The translations under genes were made by a program, and so were the position numbers. A model generated the notes under the pieces. The model did no database searches. It was given only the letters and a program-made list of their open reading frames with translations, and had not been told where the DNA came from. From contig NC_042999.1 of assembly GCF_006345805.1 (NCBI RefSeq), positions 134,354,001-134,418,000 of the forward strand: a stretch of 64,000 nt of DNA. The letters are read 5' to 3'. Of this stretch, positions 1-12,034 are shown one piece after another. Source of the DNA: Octopus sinensis. Its lineage: Eukaryota. Numbering within the stretch: the first letter of the stretch is position 1; each line of letters begins with the position of its first letter.

Positions 1-296
1 ATGTTGGATCCTATCAATTCCTCATTTCATGAAGAATAAATACTCCACTTGAAAGAGGGTGTTTTTCATCTTCGTTCTTTCCTTATTCGTTTCAGAACTC
101 GCCAACATTAAAACGTAGAGAATCTTTGAAGCGATTTTGTTATCAAAAGGGCAAATGCTAATTTAGCTCTAAACAACTGATGTCTAATTAAGCCCAATTA
201 TGTTTTAAAGTAGACTATTAGACTGTTGTATATGTATATCTCTCTCACATCTCCCTTATGCCTCTCTCTCTCTCTCTCTGTATGTATGTATATGTA

Positions 297-357
<61 letters not shown>

Positions 358-649
358 GTATATGTACATTATATATCTATATACATACATATATATATAT
401 AAATAAACACACATACACATTCACAAACACACACACATGCACACATACACGCATACACACACACAGATACACGCATCTATTATCTCATGTGCAGTTACAT
501 ATTCCATAAATTTAGATGTCGTTTCATTGATCTTGACACCAGTTGTAGAAACGGACCAACTGACATAAAAGACAAGGAGACTAGGATAAATGTATGTACG
601 AATGTATGAATGAATGTCACCTTCCCTGCAAATTTTTATTCCAGGGTAA

Positions 650-887
650 AAAAAGAAAAGAAAAAACCGCGTGTGTATCGTTGGCATTTTTTTCCTCCGG
701 CTTCCCTTCCTTGGATCTTTCCTTTCCTATGTTTCCGACAAAGAGCTCCGCTCGAAACGTTAAATCCTTCTTTTTTCCTTTCCTGAGCGTCCAATAACAC
801 TATACTTGTTCCACGTCCTCGCGTTGTTGTGTTTTCTCTTTGTGTTTTCATGTTTGGATTAACTCCATATATATATATATATATATC

Positions 888-935
<48 letters not shown>

Positions 936-1160
936 TGTTGATTCGTTAGCTACTGCACGCATTTTTTTTTCTCTCCTTTTTTTTCTCTCCTTCTTTCTGT
1001 GTTTTTTTTCTCTCTGTGTATCTTTCTGTTGAAGAGCGTAGGCTCGAAACGTTAAAGACTTGTTTTATTCATATTTCCTGAGCGCCATACTAATACAATT
1101 GTTCGTTTGTTTTCCACCTGCCTTCGTCTTTTGTCTATTTTCATAAAGCTTCCCGTTATA
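650..1160 (+). mobile_element. Two (TA)n-embedded PLE-terminus-like repeats with degenerate hammerhead cores
   Basis: ccgacaaagagctccgctcgaaacgtt (735) and ctgttgaagagcgtaggctcgaaacgtt (1026); both share downstream tttcctgagcg...aata; homologous to 3274-3450 (minus) and 4915-5100. Confidence 0.55.
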
Positions 1161-1824
1161 TATATATATGTGCCTGTTTGTGAGTGTTTGTTTGTTTGTT
1201 TGTGTGTGTGTGTCTGTGTGAATGTGTTTGTAAATGTGTGTACATTATAAAATGATAGATAGATAGATAGATAGATAGATAAAACTTACTTAGAAAAGGA
1301 TGCGTGGCGTTCGATCATATAATAATATAAATAATATATGAATATATGCATATATACATACATATATGTACATACTACATCTATATGCATATATACATAC
1401 AACACAAGGAATATTCCCCTTCTTCAGTTGCCCCTTACCGCGTTTCAAAGGTAAGGACAAGACGCGACTTCATTGAAACAATCCTTCCCGCAAAGCAAAT
1501 TAGATATATATTTATTTATATATATACGCCACCTTTCTTTTGAGAAGAGGCACCTAAATTTCTTCCAAAATTTCAACGGAACTTAACATAGGACTCATGC
1601 TTATGGATGACATCATGCGCATATTATGTATGAAAGTTGTTCCTACGTAATTTATAGTTGTTTTGAAATAACTGAGATAAGAGTTCACATAATTCTTCCG
1701 TTCTATTTTGATTTCTTGTTTCTTTCTGTAACCTGTATCCATGAATATATACGTCACAAGCTTACCTGTGTTCATTTGCCTTTCTGCCTCTCACTCTCTC
1801 TCTCTTCTTTCTGTCTCTTTCTGT

Positions 1825-1858
<34 letters not shown>

Positions 1859-1871
1859 ATCTCTCTCTCTC

Positions 1872-1902
<31 letters not shown>

Positions 1903-1911
1903 ATATAATAT

Positions 1912-1946
<35 letters not shown>

Positions 1947-2352
1947 TATGAGTGTATATATACTGTTGTGTCTGGGGAGAGTCATTCTCTTTTATGAATA
2001 TGCAGAATACATACATACAAACGTACACACATACACATAAACATATGCACACACACATACATGCATACACACACTTACATGCATGAATACATACATACAC
2101 ACATGTGTATGTGCGCACAAACAAAAAGAACGCTGCTCGGACAACGGTCAGATTCAACAACTATTGAAAAGATTGCAAGATGCAACGAAAATTTTAGAAA
2201 AATTAATGAGTGGAAACTTTACCAGTGAATGTGTCAAATTATTAGGCACTAAAAGAGAATGACCCTCCCCAGATACAACAGAATATGTTTCAACACACGG
2301 ACTCACATAAAGAATCTTGCATACCAAATCCAAAAATTATATATATATATAT

Positions 2353-3249
2353 AAACATTACTTTATATAATTAGGGTTCAGCAAAAAAAATTTGCTTTAC
2401 CATATACCGAACTTTTAGAAATAGCAACCACAGAATTTAGCTATTTCTTCTACTATAAGAAGAGTCTCCCAGATAATGTATACTCAAAAACAACTACTAA
2501 ATTCTTTGGCTGCTATTTCTAAAAGTTCGGTATGTGGTAAAGTAAATTTTTTTGCTGAACCCTAGTTATATAAAGTAATGTTTAAATTTACCGTGAATGG
2601 TCCTTTTACATACTGAACACTACTTGGTAAAATTATTAATTACTAATTAATTAATTTTACCCTTTATTATTATTGACAATATAATTCCCTCCCTGATAAT
2701 AAACTACAGATTCTTCTGTGGGAATTTGTTGCTCTATAGCTCACGTGGGTGGACAGTGGAGGATGCGGAGCCTCATTCGTATGTTTTGAATTCGTTAGTA
2801 CTGGATGTCGAAGATGGTTTGTCTGAGGTTACTCAAATCAGATGGGTATGTTCGATTTTTAGTGCTCTCAAATTTAAATTTAATGAAATCTTTGTGCTGA
2901 TGACGGGAATGTTAGAATAGGAATGTATTTCTAGCATCTCTATATCTGACTAACCCAGAAACGCGTTCACAAGTAATCTAATTTCGAGTTATTTTTCCCT
3001 CTATGTCTACGTGAATTGTTTTTGAGTATACATTGTCTGGGAGACTCTTCTTATAGTAGAAGAAATAGCTAAATTCTTTGGCTGCTATTTCTAAAAGTTC
3101 GGTAAGTGGTAAAGCAAATTTTTTTGATGAACCCTAATTATATAAAGTATTGTTTAAATTTACCGTAAATGGTCCTTTTACATACTGAACACTGCTTGGT
3201 AAAATTATTAATTACTAATTAATTAATTTTACCCTTTATTATTATTGAC
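2353..3249. repeat. Mosaic of inverted and direct copies of one repeat family
   Basis: 2353-2440 is inverted to 2497-2583; 2497-2680 is a direct copy of ~3069-3249; 2353-2494 is inverted to ~3014-3153. Confidence 0.9.
2892..2973 (+). ncRNA. Type I hammerhead motif with long stem II loop
   Basis: ttgtg-CTGATGA-cggg(aat)gttag...ctaaccca-GAAAC-gc-GTT-cacaa: 5-bp stem I, palindrome ACGCGT, GUU triplet, imperfect stem II. Confidence 0.6.
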
Positions 3250-3273
3250 TATATATATATATATATATATATA

Positions 3274-3450
3274 GGGAGAGTTCACGAAAAAAAAACAAAA
3301 GACGAAGACAGGTGGTGTAGAAAATAAACAGATGTATTAGTATAGTGCTCAGGAACTGAAAGATTTTTAACGCTTCGAGCCTACGCTCTTCTACAGAAAG
3401 TTACAGAGAAAAAACAAGGAGAGAAAAAATGTGTGTAGTGGCTACCGTAT
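3274..3450 (-). mobile_element. Same PLE-terminus-like family, degenerate hammerhead core at 3372-3396
   Basis: Reverse complement reads ctgtagaagagcgtaggctcgaagcgtt; (TA)n flanks. Confidence 0.55.
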
Positions 3451-3605
3451 ATATATATACCGAAGTAAACACATAAATGTGAAACAAGGTGGAAAAAAGA
3501 GTACTCAAATACCAGTGTAGTAAGTAATATACTTTATTTTAAGCAGCGGAAACTGAGTTTCTCAGAGTAACAGATTTTGTTGAATTTTCTGCTGCTTAAA
3601 ATAAA

Positions 3606-3696
<91 letters not shown>

Positions 3697-3875
3697 GTAT
3701 ATATATGCCTATATATATATATATATATGCCTTTATATGTACATATATATTGCACAAATACACATATGTATATATATACAAACACACACACAAACACGCA
3801 CACACACACATGCATACACACGCACACACACGCACACATACACACATAAATATAAGTTATATATAAATATGTATA

Positions 3876-4698
3876 CGAGATCTGATCAATAAGTATCTGG
3901 ACTGCTGCTATAGTAATGAAGCTAAAGCATGCAGAGTGAAGCCGCTAGGCACAGATTGACCTTGAACTCTGCTGTGCATGCGCATTAAATTTAAAGTTCT
4001 AGCTCACTTCCGCTATTTACAGCAGTGCTTGGAAGTAACGTGTGATCATCGTATTATCCATGACAGAGAAAGTTGCAGAAAGTGTATGGAGAGGAGTGTA
4101 TGAGCTGCATACAAGAGTACGAGCGGTTCAGACGTTTCCAAGATGGCCCAAAAAAATGTCGATATTGACGAACGTTTTAGGTGATCCCCAACCAGCAGAA
4201 CTGAGAAAAACATCGCAGATGTGCATGCAGCTGTGGAGGGAAATCGTCGAATCAACATCCTTGAGTAATCAGAAAATGTGCAGATTAGTTACGATTCAGT
4301 TCAGTCCATTATCACTGAAGATTTGGGTATGAGATGTGTGTCTGCCAAGTTTGTGCCAAAATAGTTACTCGGATTTCAGTTGCACAAGATCTTGATTGTG
4401 TCGAAAACGATGAAAACTTTTTGAAAATTTTGCGTAAGCCTCTGAGCAGGTATAGCCAAGCTTTTGGCAAAATACGATGCAGGTTCTCTGCTCAACCTTC
4501 TCTGTCATGGTCAATGCGATGATCATACGCTACAGCCCTTCTTTTCAAGTACTGGTGTAAACAGAAGTGAGTTAGAACGTTAAAACTTAGAACGCATGCA
4601 CAACAGAGTTAAGGTCAATCTGTGCCAGGTGGCTTTACTCTGCGTACTTTAGCTTCGTTACTATGGGAACAATCCGGATACTTATTGATCAGACCATG
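3876..4698. mobile_element. Non-autonomous mariner derivative made of two transposase 5' ends facing each other
   Basis: TA on both flanks; termini cgagatctgatcaataagtatctggac / revcomp catggtctgatcaataagtatccggat. Plus strand encodes decayed QKVYGEECMS...LGMRCVSAKFVPK*...CVENDENFLK; minus strand encodes MTEKVEQRTCIVFCQKLGYTCSEAY. Confidence 0.85.
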
Positions 4699-4703
4699 TA
4701 TAT

Positions 4704-4765
<62 letters not shown>

Positions 4766-4914
4766 TATATACATATACATAAAATTGAATAAGGGTAGAA
4801 ATTGATATTAATCAATTAAAACCAGTGACCTGGCATATTTAAGAAAATCCGAAGATTAAAAATATTTATATATATATATATGCACACACACATAGAAATA
4901 TATATATATATATA

Positions 4915-5100
4915 TGCGTGCTTTTCCTGGACTTTTTTTTCTTCTCTGTGTCTTTCATTTCTCTTCTTTCTGATGAAGAGCTATGCTCGAAACAAAAAAG
5001 CCCACTCATTTTTCCACCTTTACTGAGCGTTAGGCTAATACATTCCATGCGTACGACCTCTTGTTTTGTTATTTGTTATTTTTTTAATGTTCGACTTAAC

Positions 5101-5147
<47 letters not shown>

Positions 5148-5184
5148 GATATATATAATATATATATATATAATATATATATAT

Positions 5185-5283
<99 letters not shown>

Positions 5284-5470
5284 TAGTTAAGTCGAACATT
5301 AAAAATAACAAATAACAAAACAAGAGGTCGTACGCATGGAATGTATTAGCCTAACGCTCAGTAAAGGTGGAAAAATGAGTCGGCTTTTTTTGTTTCGAGC
5401 ATAGCTCTTCATCAGAAAGAAGAGAAAAGAAAGACACAGAGAAGAAAAAAAAGTCCAGGAAAAGCACGCA
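4915..5470. repeat. Inverted duplication, ~185-bp arms around a (TA)n/(GATA)n spacer
   Basis: 4915-5100 versus 5286-5470; only a few substitutions and homopolymer-length differences. Confidence 0.95.
4970..4993 (+). ncRNA. Hammerhead core (mirror copy at 5392-5415, minus); cleavage triplet lost
   Basis: CTGATGA-A-GAGC(tat)GCTC-GAAAC followed by AAAAAAG instead of GTH. Confidence 0.5.
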
Positions 5471-5485
5471 TATATATATATATAT

Positions 5486-7586
5486 GGACTGGCGATCCCT
5501 GATGACGTTGTCCTCAGTTGACGAACTATGGTCATCCCTCAAAGCATATGTAATCTGTTTGACTGACCAGGCAGTTCCCGTTGGGCTTCCCAAGAGGAAG
5601 AAACACAAGCCCTGGGTGACGAAGAAGGTTAAACGAGAACGTCGACTCGGAGATATTGCTTGGGCTGAATTCAAAAATCTGGATTCGACTGCAGCTTTTG
5701 AGGTGTACAAAACTCAACGAGACCGAGCCGTGAAAATTGAAAAGAAAGAACGCTTCAGTTTTGAATACAAAATCGCGGCAAATGCCAGTAGCAATCCAAA
5801 AACCTTCTTTGCCCATGTCCAGCGGAATTCCCGCTTGAACAACCAGATTGCAACGTTGGTAGACTCAACAGGCGTATCGATTGAGGACCCTTATCAACAG
5901 AGTCAATTATTTGCCGAGGCTTTTTCAACTATTTTCAAACAAGATGATGGTCGTGAACCCCCTCCATTTGATAGATCGGTACCTCCAATGCTTCGATTGA
6001 TCATCCCGCGGGACCAAGTCAAACGTGTTATTCAAGGCCTCGATGTCAACAAGGGTCACGGCTCTGACGGCATACACCCACGGGTTATCAAAGCGTTGGC
6101 TCCGGTCATCTGCGAGCCCTTAACACGACTATTCAATATGTCATTGGCGACGGGTGTTATACCTGCAGACTGGAGAACAGCGATAATCTGCCCAATTTTC
6201 AAGAAAGGGAGCCGCGAAGACCCGCTTAACTACCGACCGGTTTCCCTTACATCAATAATCAGCAAGATGTTCGAAACCATCCTTAAGAAAAGTATGATGC
6301 TCCACCTCCTAAACACAGCCTCGATCACTGATTCCCAACACGGCTTCGTGCCGAAGAGATCATGCTTGACCAACTTACTAGTAATGGAAGAATTGGTGAC
6401 GCGCATCCTCGATGATAGTGATGCTGTTGACATCGTTTTATTGGACTTTGCCAAAGCTTTTGACTCGGTAAACCACCGCCTACTACTTGTCAAGCTTCGA
6501 GCATATAGTTTCCATCCGGATATTATACGATGGGTTGGTGCCTTCCTCTCAGATCGCTCCTTCCAAGTTCAAGTTAATGGTTCGCGGTCCGACGTCTCCA
6601 GTGCGAGCAGTGGCGTGCCTCAAGGTTCAGTGCTTGGGCCCTTGTTGTTCTTAGTCTTCATAAATGACTTGCCCGACGACCTCACGCAACACACCCTTCT
6701 ATTTGCCGACGATATCAAACTGGTCGCTCCTCGCGGTAGTATAGAGGATCTTCGTCGATGCCTCCACCAATTTGGAAGTGGTCTAACGATTGGGACCTGT
6801 GTCTGAACGTGTCAAAGTGCTGTCATCTGCCTGTCGGCTCTACTCCTGCAACTCAACTTGATTTCGAGCCGGGTCGTCTGCTGCTGGAGAGAACCGATCA
6901 GGTAAAGGACCTGGGTATCTTGGTGGATTCCTCCTTTTCGCCTTCGGCCCAGTGCGTCCATGCTGCCAACAAAGCGAGCGGAATTCTGTTTTTGATTCGA
7001 CGGTATTTCGGAATGCTCACAGCAGCCATATTCCTGCCACTCTATGTCACGCTGGTGAGACCCATATTGGAGTATGGGATTCAAGCCTCTTCTCCTTATC
7101 TCCTCAAAGACATACAGCATCTCGAAAGAGTCCAGAGGCTGGCTACCCGCATGGTTCATGGTCTCAAAAATTTGTCCTACGAAGAAAAGCTGAGGACGCT
7201 CGACCTTTATTCTCTTGAAAAACGCCGCCGCCGTGGTGATCTCATTCTCGCCCACAACATCATAAGCGGGAAGTGTAACCTCTCGAAAGAGCTGTTCTTC
7301 ACTCCTGCTCCGGAGCGTCGGCTGCGGGGTCATTCCGAAAAGCTCTACCTGCGACGATTTCATCTCAATCGAAGGAGAGGAGCTTTCTCCGTCCGGGTTG
7401 CGGATCCGTGGAACAAGCTGCCAGACGAGATGGTGAAGATGCCGACGACCGCTTTGTTCAAAGCCTCCCTGGACCTCAAGTGGCCTGAACTCTTTACATG
7501 AACACCACCCTGTACTTAACTCCATGTCCCCCTACATGGCCTTGCTATTTGCTTTTGAGCCAAATTAACTAACTAACTAACTAACT

Positions 7587-7589
<3 letters not shown>
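5486..7589 (+). mobile_element. CR1-clade non-LTR retrotransposon, 5'-truncated; ORF2 RT and C-terminus, one frameshift near 6770
   Basis: ORFs 5484-6806 and 6758-7501 join into an RT with YRPVSLTS, QHGF, DFAKAFDSV, GVPQGSVLGPLLFLVFINDLP, LFADDIKL and a CR1-type tail (LRGHSEKL...FSVRVADPWNKLP). 3' UTR stem-loop ccatgt/acatgg at 7522-7539, (TAAC)6 tail, flanked on both sides by (TA)n. The ATG at 5484 uses bases of the microsatellite. Confidence 0.95.
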
Positions 7590-7622
<33 letters not shown>

Positions 7623-7726
7623 ATAGAGGGTGGAATGTAATTAATTTAATAAAATTAATCAATTTCACCTAGTAGATTTGTCGATATGGAAAAGACCATA
7701 TTAGGTAAGGGTTATAATAATTATAC

Positions 7727-7936
7727 TTAAGGGTTAAATGCAACAAGTTGCTCAAAACCACATACCGAAAATATTAGAAATAGCAGCCAAAATTGGTCAC
7801 TATTTCCTCTACTAGTAAAAATTCTATTTGTTTGTGGAGACTTTTTACTAGTAGAGGAAATAGTGACCAATTTTGGCTGCTATTTCTAATATTTTCGGTA
7901 TGTGGTTTTGAGCAACTTGTTGCATTTAACCCTTAA
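7727..7936. repeat. Perfect inverted repeat, 95-bp arms, 20-nt spacer
   Basis: 7727-7821 is the exact reverse complement of 7842-7936. Confidence 0.95.
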
Positions 7937-7940
7937 TTAT

Positions 7941-7997
<57 letters not shown>

Positions 7998-8175
7998 CTT
8001 CAAACAGTACCGGACAAACCACCCACACCCGGATATGTCTCCGCAAACAATAACTCTCTGCTCGAATGGGCCTTGGTGCCCAAATCCTGAACTGAAAGAC
8101 TTCGCCAGGTGGTGCTATTAAGTTAGACATGGCCTGGGCCAATACTGGCCAAAAACCTTTCTAAGTTATTCTAAG

Positions 8176-8219
<44 letters not shown>

Positions 8220-8352
8220 CTATGTGTGTGTGCATATATATATATATATATAAATATTTTTAATCTTCGGATTTTCTTAAATATGCCAGGTCACTGGTTT
8301 TAATTGATTGATATCAATTTCTACCCTTATTCAATTTTATATATATGTATAT

Positions 8353-8399
<47 letters not shown>

Positions 8400-8911
8400 T
8401 GAGAGAGAGAGAGAGTGAGAGAGAGAGAGAGAGAGAGATACATAGATGTGTATGTGTATGTGTAATGATATGTAACTTAGCAACTTTGTCAAAAAGTCAC
8501 ATAGATTTGTGTTGAATAGTAGTCGGTTAGAATTACGGAATGCAGCCATGTTGATACATCAATAATTTCATAGACTAAGAGAATTTCTTTCCCTCTTTTT
8601 TTATTTTTATTTTTAATCACAGGAATTACAAGGGTCAAATGGTCAATCCTCGGTTTAAGCCTATCAGCAATAAATCTAACTTTGATGTGATGCTAAGCAA
8701 GGTCATTTTTATTTCTCATACTGTTGTGCAATGAAACAACGATGGTAAACGCACTGATGCGATCTGGTCATGAGAATGATAATTTATACTTCACTACAGT
8801 AAATGTTAGTCATGTGAATGACAACAATTACTTTTAAATTTAAATGGAAACTGAATCCTAAACTGGATTCGAATGAAGTTTACCTTTACAATATCAATGC
8901 TACTATAATAT

Positions 8912-9260
8912 CGGTGGTTCTCAAATATTTCTTATCTATGGACCCCTTTGATTATTATTCCATTTTGGTGGACCTCATTGCCATTCGATGCTTTTAAATG
9001 AATTCATGCATTAATTCTGGTAGGTTGAAATATGTAAAACATTAGAGAAAGAAACCTAGCTATTTCTTGCAATAAATACATCCAAAGTAACACTCTTTCA
9101 TGGTCCCCTAAAACGCTGCTGTGGGTCTCTAGTCTACTCTTTTGCTTGTGTGGATCCCCCCCCCAACTCTTATATGGACCCACAAGGGTCATATGGACTC
9201 TGGTTCTATTTTGGATCCTGGTACTATTTTGCATGTTTGGACCCACCAGATCTCCGGTCT
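8912..9260 (+). mobile_element. hAT-like MITE fragment (CAGTGGTTCTCAA-type terminus)
   Basis: Begins cggtggttctcaaa...tatggacccctttga; homologous to 12035 and 55386. Confidence 0.55.
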
Positions 9261-9414
9261 ACATGATGACGTTCATAGCATGTGGGGAATCTTTTGGTTG
9301 CATGCGTAAAGTGTGTAGATTGTAGTTTACATTCATATCTTTCGCACTGTAATTACTTCCCCATCCCACCTGCTTAACATTCCTGTTAATCCCGCACGTT
9401 AATTACTAGACTAT

Positions 9415-9690
9415 ATTATGTTCCAAGCTACACTTCAGTTCCACTTTCCAGCCATTCTTTACACTAATTATTTCTAAATCCTACACTCCACCTCCATACT
9501 CGAACCTGCGCTTCAGTTCTGCACTCTTGTTCTACAGTCCAGTTCTAAACTCCAATTCTACACTCCAATTCTACACTCTAATTCCGCACTGCAATCTATG
9601 CTTTATTTTCACTGCTACACTCCAATTACTTGCATACTCCAATCAGTTCTATCTTCAGCTTTCACACTCCTCTTCCACACTCCAGCCACA
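9415..9690. repeat. Degenerate short-period repeat (ctacactcca motif)
   Basis: Recurrent ctacactcca/ctacactt/ctgcact words. Confidence 0.6.
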
Positions 9691-10287
9691 GAGAAATACA
9701 ACAGCTGCTAAACATGGTTAGAATATGACATAAGAACTTTGAAATATTTTACTGAAGGTAATAGTATTGTGTTTGGGACACAATTTGAACGATGTCTTCA
9801 TAGATGAGTTTAGATAACTTTTGTTCCAATATATGCTCTGAGGTCGGTTGCCACTTAGCAATAATAGAAGAATTGTCGGTTGTGGAGTCTAGAACATAGG
9901 AAAGAGATGACACTTGACGTTCGGAGCGGGAGGAGGATAAATTAAAGGGAATAAAGAATAATTGAAGAAATTTTGAAAGTAACATAGAGGAAAAGAACAG
10001 GGTTTGGAGGGAGCGAAGCAAAATGAAAATGAAAAGTGTAAAAATTGTGGAAAGGGATCAAAAGACCGGGTGAAAGAGATGAATGAGCAAAATGAGAGGA
10101 AATACAGTTTGAAAGGAATGAAAGAGGAGTTGTTTGAAACATCTACAATAAAGAGACGCCTTTAGAGGCTATGTCAACAATATTTAAAGGTCAGTTTGGG
10201 GTATCAGAGCTACTGAAAATACATACGATTCTAGAGACTACTATTACTGGTGGTGGTGATGGTGGTGGTGGTGGTGGTGTGGTGGTG

Positions 10288-10353
<66 letters not shown>

Positions 10354-12034
10354 TTGGCGCTGTTTGTTGTCGTGTAAGGCGTCAAAAGTCATGTCTGGCC
10401 TCACTCATATGGCGCTGTTAGCGTATATTCCTAAGGAAGATAATAAAGCGCACTGCCGATTATTATGAAGATCCGACGAGGGTTCACTTCACATGGTCCG
10501 ATGTAGAAATGGTAAATAAATGCTCCTCAAACCTTACGTCATTATCTTAATGAAAGGACACATACGAAAATGTGTCTTAGATAGACGAGATGTTCGCGGA
10601 TGGAAAAACTTTGGTCATAAGCCTGCTCGGTTATGTTTGACTGGCACTAAACAGCAACAAAATAGAGCCCACCCCACCTAAACTGATAAGATTGATGCTG
10701 TTGTTGTCCAGTTTAAGCAGCTGTTGTTTGGTGTCTGCATTAGAGGAGAAACTTGTTTGAGGAAGAATTCCATAAGACCTCAGTTCGTGAGAAGATACAA
10801 TGGGAAAGTACTTCTTGTAGAATTGTGAGTGATAGCAGGGTTACATTATAACCAACTGATACAGTTAATACAGCCCAACAAGGACCTCCTTTAAGCCCTT
10901 CCATTATTTAACCGGTGAAGGTTGCGTGGCCTGATGGTTAGAGTGTTGTACTCACCCTCGCTAGAGCATGGTTTCGATTCTCGTTGCTTCAGTCCAAATA
11001 AGTAACCCTGCCATGGAGTGGCATCCTCTTCAGGAAGAATGTTGTTATCTCGATCACTCATACGCCATACAAACCGGGTAACTAACGCTGTGAGTCCTAG
11101 GACTCGAGCCAGTCCTTACTATTATCATAACGACAAGATATTAAGACATAATAAATGTTTAAAGTGAAACAATAGATTAAAATTTCAGTTTTCTCCCAGG
11201 CCATTCTCCAAACCATATCCCAAAGCTATATTAGATATAACCCGATTAAATTTTTTTTTTCTATTTCATACTAATTACAAGCAATATAGCCTGTGTTTGT
11301 CATAATGAGTCGCTGAGAGAATTGGAAAGAGGCCTGACAAAATAACATGTTTAATGAAATTATCATGGCTTTAATATTTATAAACTTACCGAGCACAATG
11401 GCGGAGAAAGAATTATATGGATACAAACTCTACTTTGATGCAACACGGATTTTTGTCAGTGAACAGGTCGCGGTCTTATAGCGATGAAAATATTTTGACA
11501 AATTAAACTTAAATGTTGAAGTGAATCGAACGGCTTTTGTGTGTTTCTTAAATGGCTTACAAACACCTTCCACGCTGCAATTGTTTTCGTTCCAGCACAC
11601 GATCTCAGATCAAATCACTTGCTATGCAAGTACATCTCCGAAACTCTACTTTGTTTTCTCATTTATAAAGGACAACAACCTTTACAAACATATTTGTGGA
11701 GCCGTCGCATAACAATTTTTAGTTCATTAAAAAAGGAACCATATTCCCTCTTTCTTGTTTTGGTACTACAACAATCACGCATCATAAAACAAAACAAAAC
11801 TACAACCAATATCACATATTTTGTACGTTTATGTTGAGATAGTTGTTACAAACACTTTCTAGACTACATCTACATAATACCATCAGAATTTTCCACGTTT
11901 TTCAAATATTCAGTCAATATCACGCTGCAGCCGCAACTCCATTCTCTAATATCCACGCAATATTTCCCCACCTCTCTCTCCTTACTTTCATGCTCTCTCT
12001 CTTTTTATCTCTCTCTCTCTCTTATGGTTTAATC

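Noticed and set aside
6812-7525. 237-aa antisense ORF (partial twin at 47370-47642)
   Set aside because: Shadow frame of the CR1 ORF2; no recognisable domain; conserved only because the copies are nearly identical.
8010-8095. Peptide similarity between ORF 7902-8090 and ORF 39774-40142 (NNNSxLEWAxVP)
   Set aside because: Nucleotide-level homology of an interspersed repeat next to TA tracts; no evidence of coding constraint.
9740-10200. Purine-rich stretch as a possible transposase relic
   Set aside because: No recognisable motif in any frame I translated.
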